NCBI GenBank assembly: GCA_963796285.1
Contig: CAWCKW010000012.1
Span: forward strand, 1,920,001-1,984,000
DNA: 64,000 nucleotides
Direction: 5' to 3'
From: Nitrospirota bacterium
Lineage (GTDB): Bacteria; Nitrospirota; UBA9217
Position numbers and translations under genes: made by a program
Part shown: one piece after another, positions 9,432-18,569 of the stretch
How positions within the stretch are numbered: the first letter of the stretch is position 1
Layout of the letters: each line of letters starts with the position of its first letter
The notes under the pieces: model-generated
What the model was told of the DNA's origin: nothing
Database searches by the model: none
The model's input: the letters and a program-made list of their open reading frames with translations, nothing else

Positions 9432-10373
9432 TCATAGTAGCTTCAGAACGATCTTCCCCCGTGCCCTGCCTGTCTGGCTATACGCCAGTGCTTCCTTGGT
9501 CTGGTCCATGGGGAAGACACGGTCGATGACGACCTTGATCCTCCCCGTCTTGAGCTGTTCGCACATCCACTCGATATCTGATGCCCGCTGGCTCACCATC
9601 ATGGTTGCGGCCCTTTTCCCCGGCAGCATTGTCGTAACAAATATGTTCCAAAAGATGGAAGGGGTCGGCAGGGTGTTAATATAGACGCCGCGTTCGGTCA
9701 ATGCTCTTTTGCATTCCCCGAAGGACCGCGATGAGACGGCATCAAAGATGCAGTCATATCTGTCCGCAGTTTTAGTGAAATCCTGTTGACAATAATCAAT
9801 GACATGGTCCGCGCCCAGTCCCTTTACCAAGCCGGCATTTGGCGCACTGCAAACTGCAGTGATCTCGGCTCCAAGAATCTTAGCGATCTGCACCGCAAAG
9901 GTCCCCACTCCGCCTGATGCGCCATTGATCAGCACCTTCTTGCCGCGAGCGATGCGCCCCTTGTCCCTCAGCGCCTGAAGCGCCGTCAGCCCCGCAATGG
10001 GAAGAGTCGCGGCATCCTCGAAGGCCACCACTTCTGGTTTTGGAAAAACCGTTTTTCCCTTAACCGCGACATATTCCGCATATGCCCCCAGCCCCATTCC
10101 TGCATTAGCGATGACAGCATCCCCTGCTTTAAATTTCCTCACGAGGCTTCCCGTTTTAACGATCTCGCCTGAACATTCTATGCCAAGGACCTTCGGGAAC
10201 CTGCTGCCGGTTAGTATCTTCGCCTGCCCTTCCCGTACTTTCCAGTCAACGGGGTTCACCCCTGCAGCATGGACACGTATCAACACCTCATTGGGCCGGG
10301 GCGACGGTTTAGGCACGTCCTTTATTTCGATCACGTCATTCCCGCCGTATGCACGGAACACGATTGCTTTCAT
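9432..10373 (-). CDS. NAD(P)-dependent quinone oxidoreductase / MDR-family dehydrogenase
   Basis: AAGVNPVDWK, INGASGGVGTFAVQIAK, GADHVIDY, GKIVL motifs. Confidence 0.92.
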   Translation of the reverse strand: MKAIVFRAYGGNDVIEIKDVPKPSPRPNEVLIRVHAAGVNPVDWKVREGQAKILTGSRFPKVLGIECSGEIVKTGSLVRKFKAGDAVIANAGMGLGAYAEYVAVKGKTVFPKPEVVAFEDAATLPIAGLTALQALRDKGRIARGKKVLINGASGGVGTFAVQIAKILGAEITAVCSAPNAGLVKGLGADHVIDYCQQDFTKTADRYDCIFDAVSSRSFGECKRALTERGVYINTLPTPSIFWNIFVTTMLPGKRAATMMVSQRASDIEWMCEQLKTGRIKVVIDRVFPMDQTKEALAYSQTGRARGKIVLKLL

Positions 10374-10532
10374 GAATCCCTCCACCTATCCTGCTCTTCT
10401 GATAAATCGGGTACACCCCTTGCGAGTATAGGCTTGATGGGGAAAGGAAATAACTGGATATTGTGAAGTTTCTCACTATCAGGCAACGGCGACCGATATA
10501 TACGTGGTGCACAATACCAGTTGAAATATGCT

Positions 10533-10610
10533 CACGAACGTCTCAGCTCATCCGCAGACTTGACACAACGAAGCGGTAGCAAGGTTGCCGGTTGGAGCGC
10601 GGGGCTATAG
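10533..10610 (-). mobile_element. Degenerate attC-like site downstream of the VIT1 gene
   Basis: Minus strand ctatagc-cccgc-GCTCCAA-ccggcaaccttgct...caagtctgcgga-TGAGC-tgagac-GTTcgtg, beginning 3 nt after the stop; R boxes are off consensus. Confidence 0.45.
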
Positions 10611-10613
10611 TAT

Positions 10614-11309
10614 CTATACAGCGGCGCCAAAGAGCCTGCCAACGCTCGCGGTGAGACCCATTGCGAGTGCGCCCCAGAAGGCAACACGCATTGCGCCCTT
10701 AACAATAGATGCTCCGCCTGCATATGCCGCGGTTCCCCCAAGAATAACTAGAGTAACGAGTGCTGTCGCGGCTGAGACTTCGGCAACCCAGGCAGAAGGC
10801 GCCAACAACGCTGCTGCAATCGGAATGATCGCACCCGCAACAAAAGAAATTGCAGAGGCAAATGCGGCCTGGATCGGCCGTGCCCGCAGAGTCTCCGTAA
10901 TGCCGAGTTCATCACGGGCATGTGCTCCAAGAGCATCACTCGACATAAGCCTTTCTGCTACGAGCCGTGCCAGCGGTTGATCAAGTCCCCGGCTTACATA
11001 AATTGAAGTTAGCTCCGCCAATTCGCGCTCCGGTTCAATTTCCAGCCCCCGTTTTTCTGTCTTGATGTCCGCCTCTTCGGTGTCGGCTTGCGACTGAACC
11101 GATACATACTCGCCTGCCGCCATGGACATGCCGCCGGCTATCAGACCCGCCACACCGGTTAACAGTATACTGCCCTGCGGGGCGCCAGCAGCGGCTATGC
11201 CAACGACAAGGCTTGCTACCGAGATGGTTCCGTCATTCGCGCCAAGCACAGCAGCGCGAAGCCAGCCGATTCGGCCTGATCTGTGGGGCTCCCTATGAAT
11301 GTGTGGCAT
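10614..11309 (-). CDS. VIT1/CCC1-family Fe/Mn transporter
   Basis: WLRAAVLGANDG, AGGMSMAAGEYVSV, HARDELGI motifs. Confidence 0.93.
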   Translation of the reverse strand: MPHIHREPHRSGRIGWLRAAVLGANDGTISVASLVVGIAAAGAPQGSILLTGVAGLIAGGMSMAAGEYVSVQSQADTEEADIKTEKRGLEIEPERELAELTSIYVSRGLDQPLARLVAERLMSSDALGAHARDELGITETLRARPIQAAFASAISFVAGAIIPIAAALLAPSAWVAEVSAATALVTLVILGGTAAYAGGASIVKGAMRVAFWGALAMGLTASVGRLFGAAV

Positions 11310-11327
11310 CAACAAACTCTCCTTTTG

Positions 11328-11393
11328 GCCCAACGCCCGGGTTAGCGGCGGCGCGGTCTTGTCGCGCCGACCATCTCTGCCCGTTTGTTGGTA
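11328..11393 (-). mobile_element. attC-like integron recombination site directly upstream of the VIT1 gene
   Basis: Minus strand taCCAAC-aaacggg...cggcgcg-acaagac-cgcgccg...cccgggc-GTTGGGC (perfect GTTRRRY); 66-bp imperfect palindrome followed at once by the AAGGAG RBS. Confidence 0.6.
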
Positions 11394-11561
11394 ATTGTTC
11401 TTGTCTCACCTTTAGCCTGGTAAATGCGATGGATTATCCGCCTCACGTCAACAAGTCAACTACGTCTTGCTGATCCAATGTTGACAGCAGCAGGGAAGAA
11501 AGGGTGTGTCTTTACATTTGAAATAGAGATTCTTAATTATGAACAATAGATGGACCGTTTT

Positions 11562-13598
11562 CTAAGTTGTCGAATGATGCGTTCCATTAACACTGGCATC
11601 AGCAAATCGCAGTGCAATTGCGTGGAATGTAGCGTGTATCTCCCCAAAAGCGTCGATGAGCTGTGGATCGAACTTCGAACCACGTCCTGCCAAAATGATT
11701 TCTACGGCCTCTTTGTGAGAAATGCCTTCTTTGTATGGACGGCCCGATATGAGCGTATCATACACGTCGGCTATAGCCATAATTCTCCCGGACAAAGGGA
11801 TCTCCTCACCTTTGAGTCCGTTTGGGTATCCTTTCCCATCCCAGTATTCATGATGAGATACAGCCATTTCTCCCGCGATCCTTAAAAAGGAAGTATCCCC
11901 AAGTTTAACCTGTGCGGCGTCGATGATTTTTTTGCCATACTGCGTGTGCTTCTTTATCTCTTCGAACTCTTCGGTGGTCAGTTGCCCGGGCTTAAGCAGA
12001 ATGTGATCTAGTACGCCTACTTTACCTAAGTCATGGAGTGGCGCGGACTGAATAAGGTGCTCAATATAGGCATCATTCAAAGTATCTGCATATGCCGGTT
12101 TGTGTCTGATATGCTCGGCAAGAGACCTTACATAGCTGCGGGTCCGTTTGATGTGGCCGCCCGTTTCCGGATCTCGCGTTTCGGTGATGTTGGCAATAGT
12201 TTCAATCATTGCTTCCTGCGTTGTCAGTTGTAGTCTGGTCTTTTCCTTCAGCAGCCGCTCTTCATGCCAGAAATCGAGAAACGATAATAAAGAAAAGTTT
12301 GAAGTAGCGGCCAGCAGAGGGTAGAGCGGAGAAAGATAAATTCCGTTTCGGAAGAGGAAAACTGGCAGGGTCACCGCGACCAGCGCAAAGAGAAATAAAA
12401 AAGTCAGATTTGCAACTGCCTTGTAGCGAACAAAAAGAATCGTTGAAAGCAACCCGAAAAAAACAATGGCACTAAATTCATACAGAACGGCAGCCTTCGG
12501 CCGCACAAGAAAATCACCCTGCAAAATGGCGTCGATGATGTTCGCATGCACCTCTGCCCCAACCATTGTCGGGTCGGTCGGCGTAGCGCGGATATCCATC
12601 AAGCCGGGCGCTGTCGCTCCGATAATCACGATGTCTCCTTCAATATCCCGAGTTTCGGTTGTGCCGTTCAGTATATCGGAAGCCGGGATGTGGCGATATG
12701 TTCCGTGCGGACCGAGAAATGGAATCAGGAAGGATCCTTTGTGTTCAAGCGGGATCTCAACGCTTTCAAGAGAGAGACTTTCCGTTCCTGCCTGGCCAAC
12801 AGTCAATACCATGTGTTCAGGCTTGGCTGCTGAAAGAAGCACGGCTAAAGAGAGGTGGGCATAGAATCGACCATCGTATTCCATGATGAGGGGTACTCTG
12901 CGAATAATTCCGTCTTGATCCGGTTTTATATTGATAAAACCTGAAGCTGGAGTTGCCTCCGCGAGCGGCTGATATATGCAGTCAACAGAAGACGGTTTGA
13001 AAAGGCCGTTCACAGAATCAGGCACCCCGTCTTCCTTCCTGAGCAATACATTGACTGGATGAAGTGTGCATCTTTTTTCACTCTGCTCCCCAAATGAAAA
13101 CTGGTATCCGAGCGCAAAAGGGCCTTTTCTGAGTGCCTCCGCCAGCAGCGCGTCATTGTCGATATATTTTCGGGGAACCCCTGAAAGGCTAAGCGTGTAG
13201 TTGAAGTCTGCCGAAATATTCTTTTGTATATTGCGCAGCGAACTCCTGTCGGGCTCGGCAAACAGGATATCAACACCGACACTCTTGGCTCCCATTTCGC
13301 GCAATTTGTCCAACAACTGTGCTATCCGGTATCGCGGCCACGGCCATTGTCCATACTGTGCAAGACTTTTCGTATCTATATCAACAATAACGATATTGCC
13401 GGAGGCGGTGCGTCCAGAACGCGATTTGAGCAGGGTGTCGTAAATTTTAAGATCGAGCGTCGAAAGCAGAACAGGCTGGAATAAATATAGGAAGGCTACA
13501 ACAGAGGTCAACGCAATTCCGCAGAGAATAAGGAGAGCATGTTCCCTGCTCGCTTGGATCCAGCGGACAGAGGAAGATTGTCGTCGTGAAGAGTGCAT
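11562..13598 (-). CDS. CHASE2-domain membrane HD-GYP c-di-GMP phosphodiesterase
   Basis: CHASE2 motifs IVIVDID, GQWPWPR, DILFAEPD, DGIIRRVP, GAEVHA; three TM helices; RDPETGGH, LHDLGK, HHEYWDGKGYP. Confidence 0.93.
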   Translation of the reverse strand: MHSSRRQSSSVRWIQASREHALLILCGIALTSVVAFLYLFQPVLLSTLDLKIYDTLLKSRSGRTASGNIVIVDIDTKSLAQYGQWPWPRYRIAQLLDKLREMGAKSVGVDILFAEPDRSSLRNIQKNISADFNYTLSLSGVPRKYIDNDALLAEALRKGPFALGYQFSFGEQSEKRCTLHPVNVLLRKEDGVPDSVNGLFKPSSVDCIYQPLAEATPASGFINIKPDQDGIIRRVPLIMEYDGRFYAHLSLAVLLSAAKPEHMVLTVGQAGTESLSLESVEIPLEHKGSFLIPFLGPHGTYRHIPASDILNGTTETRDIEGDIVIIGATAPGLMDIRATPTDPTMVGAEVHANIIDAILQGDFLVRPKAAVLYEFSAIVFFGLLSTILFVRYKAVANLTFLFLFALVAVTLPVFLFRNGIYLSPLYPLLAATSNFSLLSFLDFWHEERLLKEKTRLQLTTQEAMIETIANITETRDPETGGHIKRTRSYVRSLAEHIRHKPAYADTLNDAYIEHLIQSAPLHDLGKVGVLDHILLKPGQLTTEEFEEIKKHTQYGKKIIDAAQVKLGDTSFLRIAGEMAVSHHEYWDGKGYPNGLKGEEIPLSGRIMAIADVYDTLISGRPYKEGISHKEAVEIILAGRGSKFDPQLIDAFGEIHATFHAIALRFADASVNGTHHSTT

Positions 13599-13607
13599 TA
13601 TGGCGGG

Positions 13608-14204
13608 CTATTTTACAACCACTTCAACTCTGCGATTACGTGGTTCTCTCACATTGTCCCCCGTTGGCACAACAGGATCCCGCTTTCCATAATATCTGAG
13701 CTCCATCTGACCGAAACGAATACCGTGAGAAAGGAGTATGTCCCGGACAGCCTCGGCGCGGGCGGATGACAAGCTCATGTCGTACTCATCGTCCCCGGTT
13801 GTATCGGTATGGCCAATAATGCTAATTTCATAAAAATCTCTTTTATTGACCAACGTCAGGACTTCAGGAATAAAAGACTTTGACTCGGCAGTCAGTTTCG
13901 TTGAGTTGTTCAAAAAATATAAAAGAAAACTGACCGGCTCCAGAGGAAGGGCTTTGATGGAATCAGTGAAGAGCGAATCAATTCGGCTTTGGTCTATCTT
14001 TTTAGGATCAGACGGGCTCTTGCCAACTCCGGTGACCTCTACCATTGTACTTGGAACGGTAAGCGTCTTAGCCCCACCCCTGGTAGTAACTGTTACTTGC
14101 CCAACCTTACCATCGGCATCCTGAACAAGAACAACTGTGTCCTTTACGGTCGCACAGCCCGATATAATCAGAAAGACCAGGAGAACAAAAAAATGACCCC
14201 GCAT
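13608..14204 (-). CDS. OmpA-like peptidoglycan-binding lipoprotein
   Basis: Lipobox ISGC; GHTDTTG, LSSARAEAV, NRRVEV motifs. Confidence 0.9.
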   Translation of the reverse strand: MRGHFFVLLVFLIISGCATVKDTVVLVQDADGKVGQVTVTTRGGAKTLTVPSTMVEVTGVGKSPSDPKKIDQSRIDSLFTDSIKALPLEPVSFLLYFLNNSTKLTAESKSFIPEVLTLVNKRDFYEISIIGHTDTTGDDEYDMSLSSARAEAVRDILLSHGIRFGQMELRYYGKRDPVVPTGDNVREPRNRRVEVVVK

Positions 14205-14250
14205 CTCATTGCATGCTTGTCTTACCGGCACGATAAAGAATTGGAAGCAG

Positions 14251-14697
14251 TTAGTTTTCATTAACTTTAATATTGAATGTAGTGCCACGGACGCCAATTG
14301 TAGATGTCGGGGTCTCAAGGATGACAGACTCCGGCGATAGCTTTGTCATCTTTCCTGAAACAAATGAAGCAGTCCCTTTTGTCAGCCTATTAACCATGGA
14401 GAATTGCCCCTGAGCCGGCTTAAAAACGAACTTTTTTAAATCCAAGCGAGAGTTCGGTCCAAGGCTTATTCTTGAGTTATCCTTGAAAATGATTCCCACC
14501 GAGCCGTCCGCACCTGTTTTAACGGTATCATTCGGGTATACGGGAGTGCCATCTTCAGCTTTTACGATATTTCCGGACCGCTCAATGAGAACATCTCCTA
14601 TCTTCTTTCTCAGGCTTCCGGAAGTTTCATCTGCAGCAATGACAACTGTTGCAAGGAGAACTACAAAAAGAAGTATCAGGGTAAGAATCTTACTCAT
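14251..14697 (-). CDS. Stand-alone periplasmic FecR-domain protein
   Basis: Signal peptide; DTVKTGADG..I.FKDNSRI.LGPNS; TPTSTIGVRGTTF. Confidence 0.88.
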   Translation of the reverse strand: MSKILTLILLFVVLLATVVIAADETSGSLRKKIGDVLIERSGNIVKAEDGTPVYPNDTVKTGADGSVGIIFKDNSRISLGPNSRLDLKKFVFKPAQGQFSMVNRLTKGTASFVSGKMTKLSPESVILETPTSTIGVRGTTFNIKVNEN

Positions 14698-15059
14698 AGA
14701 AACCTCCATTGCGCATATCCAGGTATATCGATAGGGGATTGCGGTCCCCGCTGCTGCAATAAGATGATATCACCATTAACATTTGCTGTATGGTTGTTCT
14801 ATTTTCGGCCATCAAGAATCTTTTTATGCTTTAACATTCTCTTTTCAACATATTCTGCATTTTTCAGATTCTACCGCGATACATGGAACATGTCAATGAC
14901 TTTGAGAAAGGAGCAATTACGATTGCCACAGTTAATTAATTTCTAATTTGGAAAAGAGGTTTTTTTGTACGGGCAAGGAAATCAAGGGATTGAGCGAGTG
15001 AGGAACCGAGCGCAGCCAGCTGGTTCAACTTCTTTGTAACCCCCCGGCATGGGGGCAGT

Positions 15060-15686
15060 TCAGAGCTTTGGGATCCGGATGCGACTGATCATGAGTGAGC
15101 CGGAAACCGCGAACAACAGTACTATCGGATGAAGCGTGAAGCCGGCAAGCACGACCTGTCCGAACCAGAGGGACTCGCGCAATGCGCCCTGTGAGGCAGC
15201 CCATAACATCAATAGGACCAGGAGCAGCGACATTGGGATAGGAGTTCCTTCGAAGTACTTCACTTTGCTTCCTCCCTCAGACAGCGCCTCGGCCGTAATG
15301 TTGTAGCGCGCCAAGCGGGAGACCCCGCATGCGACAAAATAGATCAAGACGATACGGTCGTATAACCCCTGCATGCCGCAACCGTACCCAATCACAGCCG
15401 GGGCTACACCGAAGGAGATGACATCAGCGAGAGAGTCGAGCTCACGACCCATTCCAGAAGTCTTCTGCCGCCACCGGGCAATCCGTCCATCCAAGACATC
15501 GAAGACTAAAGCGGCAAAGACCATCCCGCACGCAAAGTAGACATGCATGACGTCGGTCGTTTGCAGGTACGACAGCATGGAAAACAATGCCCCCGTGCCG
15601 CAGACCGCGTTTGCCAGTGTGAACCAATCGGCAAGATGGAACTCTCGAATCATGGAGAAGGGCTTGCGCGGTTTATGTATCTTCAT
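15060..15686 (-). CDS. pssA: CDP-alcohol phosphatidyltransferase, PssA type II-like
   Basis: DVLDGRIAR...GRELDSLADVISFGVAP, RLARYN, FEGTPIP. Confidence 0.8.
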   Translation of the reverse strand: MKIHKPRKPFSMIREFHLADWFTLANAVCGTGALFSMLSYLQTTDVMHVYFACGMVFAALVFDVLDGRIARWRQKTSGMGRELDSLADVISFGVAPAVIGYGCGMQGLYDRIVLIYFVACGVSRLARYNITAEALSEGGSKVKYFEGTPIPMSLLLVLLMLWAASQGALRESLWFGQVVLAGFTLHPIVLLFAVSGSLMISRIRIPKL

Positions 15687-16317
15687 GGCGGACAGAATCT
15701 CCCACTGTGTCAAGAACGCGCGCTTCCCGGCCGGGAGAACGCGCAATGAGATGAACGGAACCGTCCCGATAAGTCCGAAAATCCGATGGTAGTCCGGCAG
15801 ATGAACATGATGGCTATTCAAACCAACAAGTGCATGTTCATAAATTGTCGCAACTATATGCCTGTTTTACATTTGTGTCAACAATATCAAATGGTATTTT
15901 CCCGGTAGCTGTTAACGAGTTCGGATTGCCACTTTATGTTTAAAAAGAACGGAAACAGCAACAGATAAGGAAAGAACTCCTCGCATTCCGGCCTTACGGG
16001 TGCATGAAAGATAAACGAGCACAACGATTATCACGATAGCTCCGATGATCAACCGCCGAGTGCTTTTCATATTATTTTATCGTCTCTGTATACTTCTTCA
16101 CCTTATAACAGCATTCCGGACGAATATATGCCCTGTGCGTAATCATGTCAATGATTTCGGTTCGCTATTTTTTGGATAGATGCCCTCGAATACAAGTTGT
16201 AACTTTAGGTCATCTAGGATCACTTCTCGACCTTTGACTTTTGCTCCGAATGTGCTCATGCTTGTCTACTATCGAGAAGTGGCCCCTGTAGTACTCCCCC
16301 AAGATATATATTGATGG

Positions 16318-16713
16318 TTAGGCTTTGGGTTCGAGAACCGTTTCAGGGAAAAGCCGTTCTATCTCCAAATGTATTTCCCTTGAGGTGAACGGTTTCTTCA
16401 AAATACCCTCTGCGAGATGGAGAACTTTCTGCAAATCTTTTTCGTCTTTTGCCCTCAAGAGCACCGCAATAATCGGGATATTGTTGAATGCTTCCTGCTC
16501 CTTGACACGGCTGATGAATTCAAGACCGCTCATGTGAGGTTGCATATGCATATCGACAATAAGAAGATTTATATCAGGGTTTAGGGCAAGTTGATTCAGC
16601 CCCTCCTGTCCATTGAGAGCTGAAAGAACAGGACATTTGTATCTCGCCAAAGTTATCTGATAAATTTGATGAATTGCAGGCGAGTCATCAACAACAAGAA
16701 TTTTCTTTAACAC
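16318..16713 (-). CDS. Single-domain response regulator
   Basis: ILVVDDS, NGQEGL, LLIVDMHM, KKPF. Confidence 0.85.
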   Translation of the reverse strand: MLKKILVVDDSPAIHQIYQITLARYKCPVLSALNGQEGLNQLALNPDINLLIVDMHMQPHMSGLEFISRVKEQEAFNNIPIIAVLLRAKDEKDLQKVLHLAEGILKKPFTSREIHLEIERLFPETVLEPKA

Positions 16714-16907
16714 AATAAATGGGACTCCTTTAACAAAACGAGAATAAATCCTACTATTGCAGAGTGGGGATAATAAGATTAATGCGAGGCAATGTCAATG
16801 TTATTAGTAGCGGGTATTGTGTTCGAAGGCGGATTGTACGGCAACGGGATATTCTATGCAGAGGGAACGGGCCATGAAGTAGGTTTAAGACCCAGTAATT
16901 TGCTTAT

Positions 16908-17987
16908 TTAAATACTTCTTTCGTAGTCGCAGAAGGGGCACTGCCAGGTCTTCTCTATCTCGTACCAATCCATTTTCTTACGGCAGACCGGGCAAGCCTT
17001 TTTTTTGCCCGACGGCTGGTTATTGGACGGTGATGATCCCTTTTTTGATTTCTGATATTCGTCGGGAAACAGGGGTGCCAGAGGGACGGCATGGGGCGAA
17101 GAGGGATCGAATATCGGCTCCGAAGCCGGAGTGGGTTTAGGTGCTTTCGTATGTTCACTTTTCTCTTCGCTTTTACCCTGACCTTCATCCTTTTTTAACT
17201 CTTCGTATGCGCAGACATAACACATCCACATTTCATCCTGAATTTGGAAGTTCATTTGCCCCCCGCACATAGGACATTTTTTCTCCCATTCCGTATCCTG
17301 CGGCGCAGAAGACTCACGGATTTCGCTTTTCTGCTCGCCGCCTCCCTTTACCTCGCTGCTAATATGACTTTTAATAGAATCCCTGGGCGGGATTGGCTGA
17401 GAGGCCGCACTTTCGACAGTAAATTCCTCTATTCTTTTTTTGATATAGGTTATTTCCGACCCGATATCAGTGAAGAGTTCCCCCACCGCCTTCTCAACGA
17501 TTTCCATTTCCTTTTCCCGTGCCGCCATACCATTGAGGATCCCTTTTTCTTCGCTCTCAAGCCGCCCTATTTTTTGACGCAGTTTCGATATCTCGTCTCT
17601 CATCTCCCGCGATTTGGCTTCCATGACCTTAAACTCGTCGCGCCAGCTGGGGAGGGCGGGCATTAAGCCCTTCTCGAGTATTGTAAGCTCCTCAAGCTGA
17701 TTTTTGACGGCCTTAACGATCTCTTCCCGGCTTAGCTTCGAAGTCGCCGACAACGCTTTGATAGCCGCATTATAACGCTGCTTCTCCTCAGGAATGATCT
17801 CCTCGAGCGATTCCACGAGTTCACGGAATTTTCCGAATATTGTATCCTCACTTTCAATTACTTTTTTTATTTCATCGCGGAGACGATGGATTTTGGATGA
17901 CAGCTCTTCGCCTCCCTTCGATTTCACATAGAGATCGGCAACTATCCGGGAAAGGTTCTCTTTACTGTTTTTCTCCTTAACGCCCAC
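16908..17987 (-). CDS. Hypothetical coiled-coil protein with two C-terminal zinc ribbons
   Basis: AGGAGG plus GTG start; long EK-rich coil; CPMC...WMCYVC and CPVC...WQCPFC. Confidence 0.75.
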   Translation of the reverse strand: MGVKEKNSKENLSRIVADLYVKSKGGEELSSKIHRLRDEIKKVIESEDTIFGKFRELVESLEEIIPEEKQRYNAAIKALSATSKLSREEIVKAVKNQLEELTILEKGLMPALPSWRDEFKVMEAKSREMRDEISKLRQKIGRLESEEKGILNGMAAREKEMEIVEKAVGELFTDIGSEITYIKKRIEEFTVESAASQPIPPRDSIKSHISSEVKGGGEQKSEIRESSAPQDTEWEKKCPMCGGQMNFQIQDEMWMCYVCAYEELKKDEGQGKSEEKSEHTKAPKPTPASEPIFDPSSPHAVPLAPLFPDEYQKSKKGSSPSNNQPSGKKKACPVCRKKMDWYEIEKTWQCPFCDYERSI

Positions 17988-18179
17988 GCATTCCCTCCTT
18001 CTAAAGCCTAACATACTTATTCTATTTTTTCTCAATATGTTATTGGAAGCATAACATATTTCGCGTTTATTGAAAATATATTACTTTGGAAAAGGAAGCT
18101 ATAAGATAGAGGCTCCAATTTCGGCAATGGCTATGCCATTATACCCCTGAAATGAAACGTACCCAGCAACCAATTTACA

Positions 18180-18202
18180 TGGCGCCCCATGCCGGACTCG
18201 AA
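18180..18202 (-). other. tRNA 3'-end-like fragment (possible att site relic)
   Basis: Minus strand TTCGAGT-CCGGC-ATGGGGC-G-CCA has exact T-loop/T-stem/acceptor/discriminator/CCA spacing; no 5' part of a tRNA upstream. Confidence 0.45.
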
Positions 18203-18504
18203 TTGAAATATTGGATACATTTTATTTCAAAAGCGAATTCCTCAATTTCCAGAAAGTGAAACTCATGTGAAGTACAGAAAGTACCTCTCACTCATCAATT
18301 ATATCATATAATAGAGACTTCCTATCTTAGTTGGCAGTATTAATCAATTCTAATAAAGCGTTTTCATTCTGGCAAAGAATTACAATTTTACTGTACTTAT
18401 ACTGTACTTATTTTCCGTCGCTATGAACCAAAAACACCTACTGGTACAATAATCGAAGGGAGGTCAAACCTGCGCAAACGTGCATATGTCAGTAGTATCG
18501 TAAA

Positions 18505-18563
18505 GTCACCGGATTCCCCCGGCTTACTACCTGCCGGGGCAGGCTTATCACGCCCGGAAGGTC
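18505..18563. repeat. REP-like GC-rich intergenic palindrome
   Basis: ccgg...CCCCGGC-ttactacct-GCCGGGG...ccgg just 3' of the helicase stop; only one copy in the window. Confidence 0.4.
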
Positions 18564-18569
18564 GGCCTT

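Noticed and set aside
15912-16070. 52-aa hydrophobic ORF on the minus strand (MKSTRRLIIGAIVIIVVLVYLSC...)
   Set aside because: No clear RBS or family motif; may be a gene remnant.
18389-18410. 11-bp direct repeat TACTGTACTTA x2
   Set aside because: A simple short duplication in AT-rich DNA with no supporting context.
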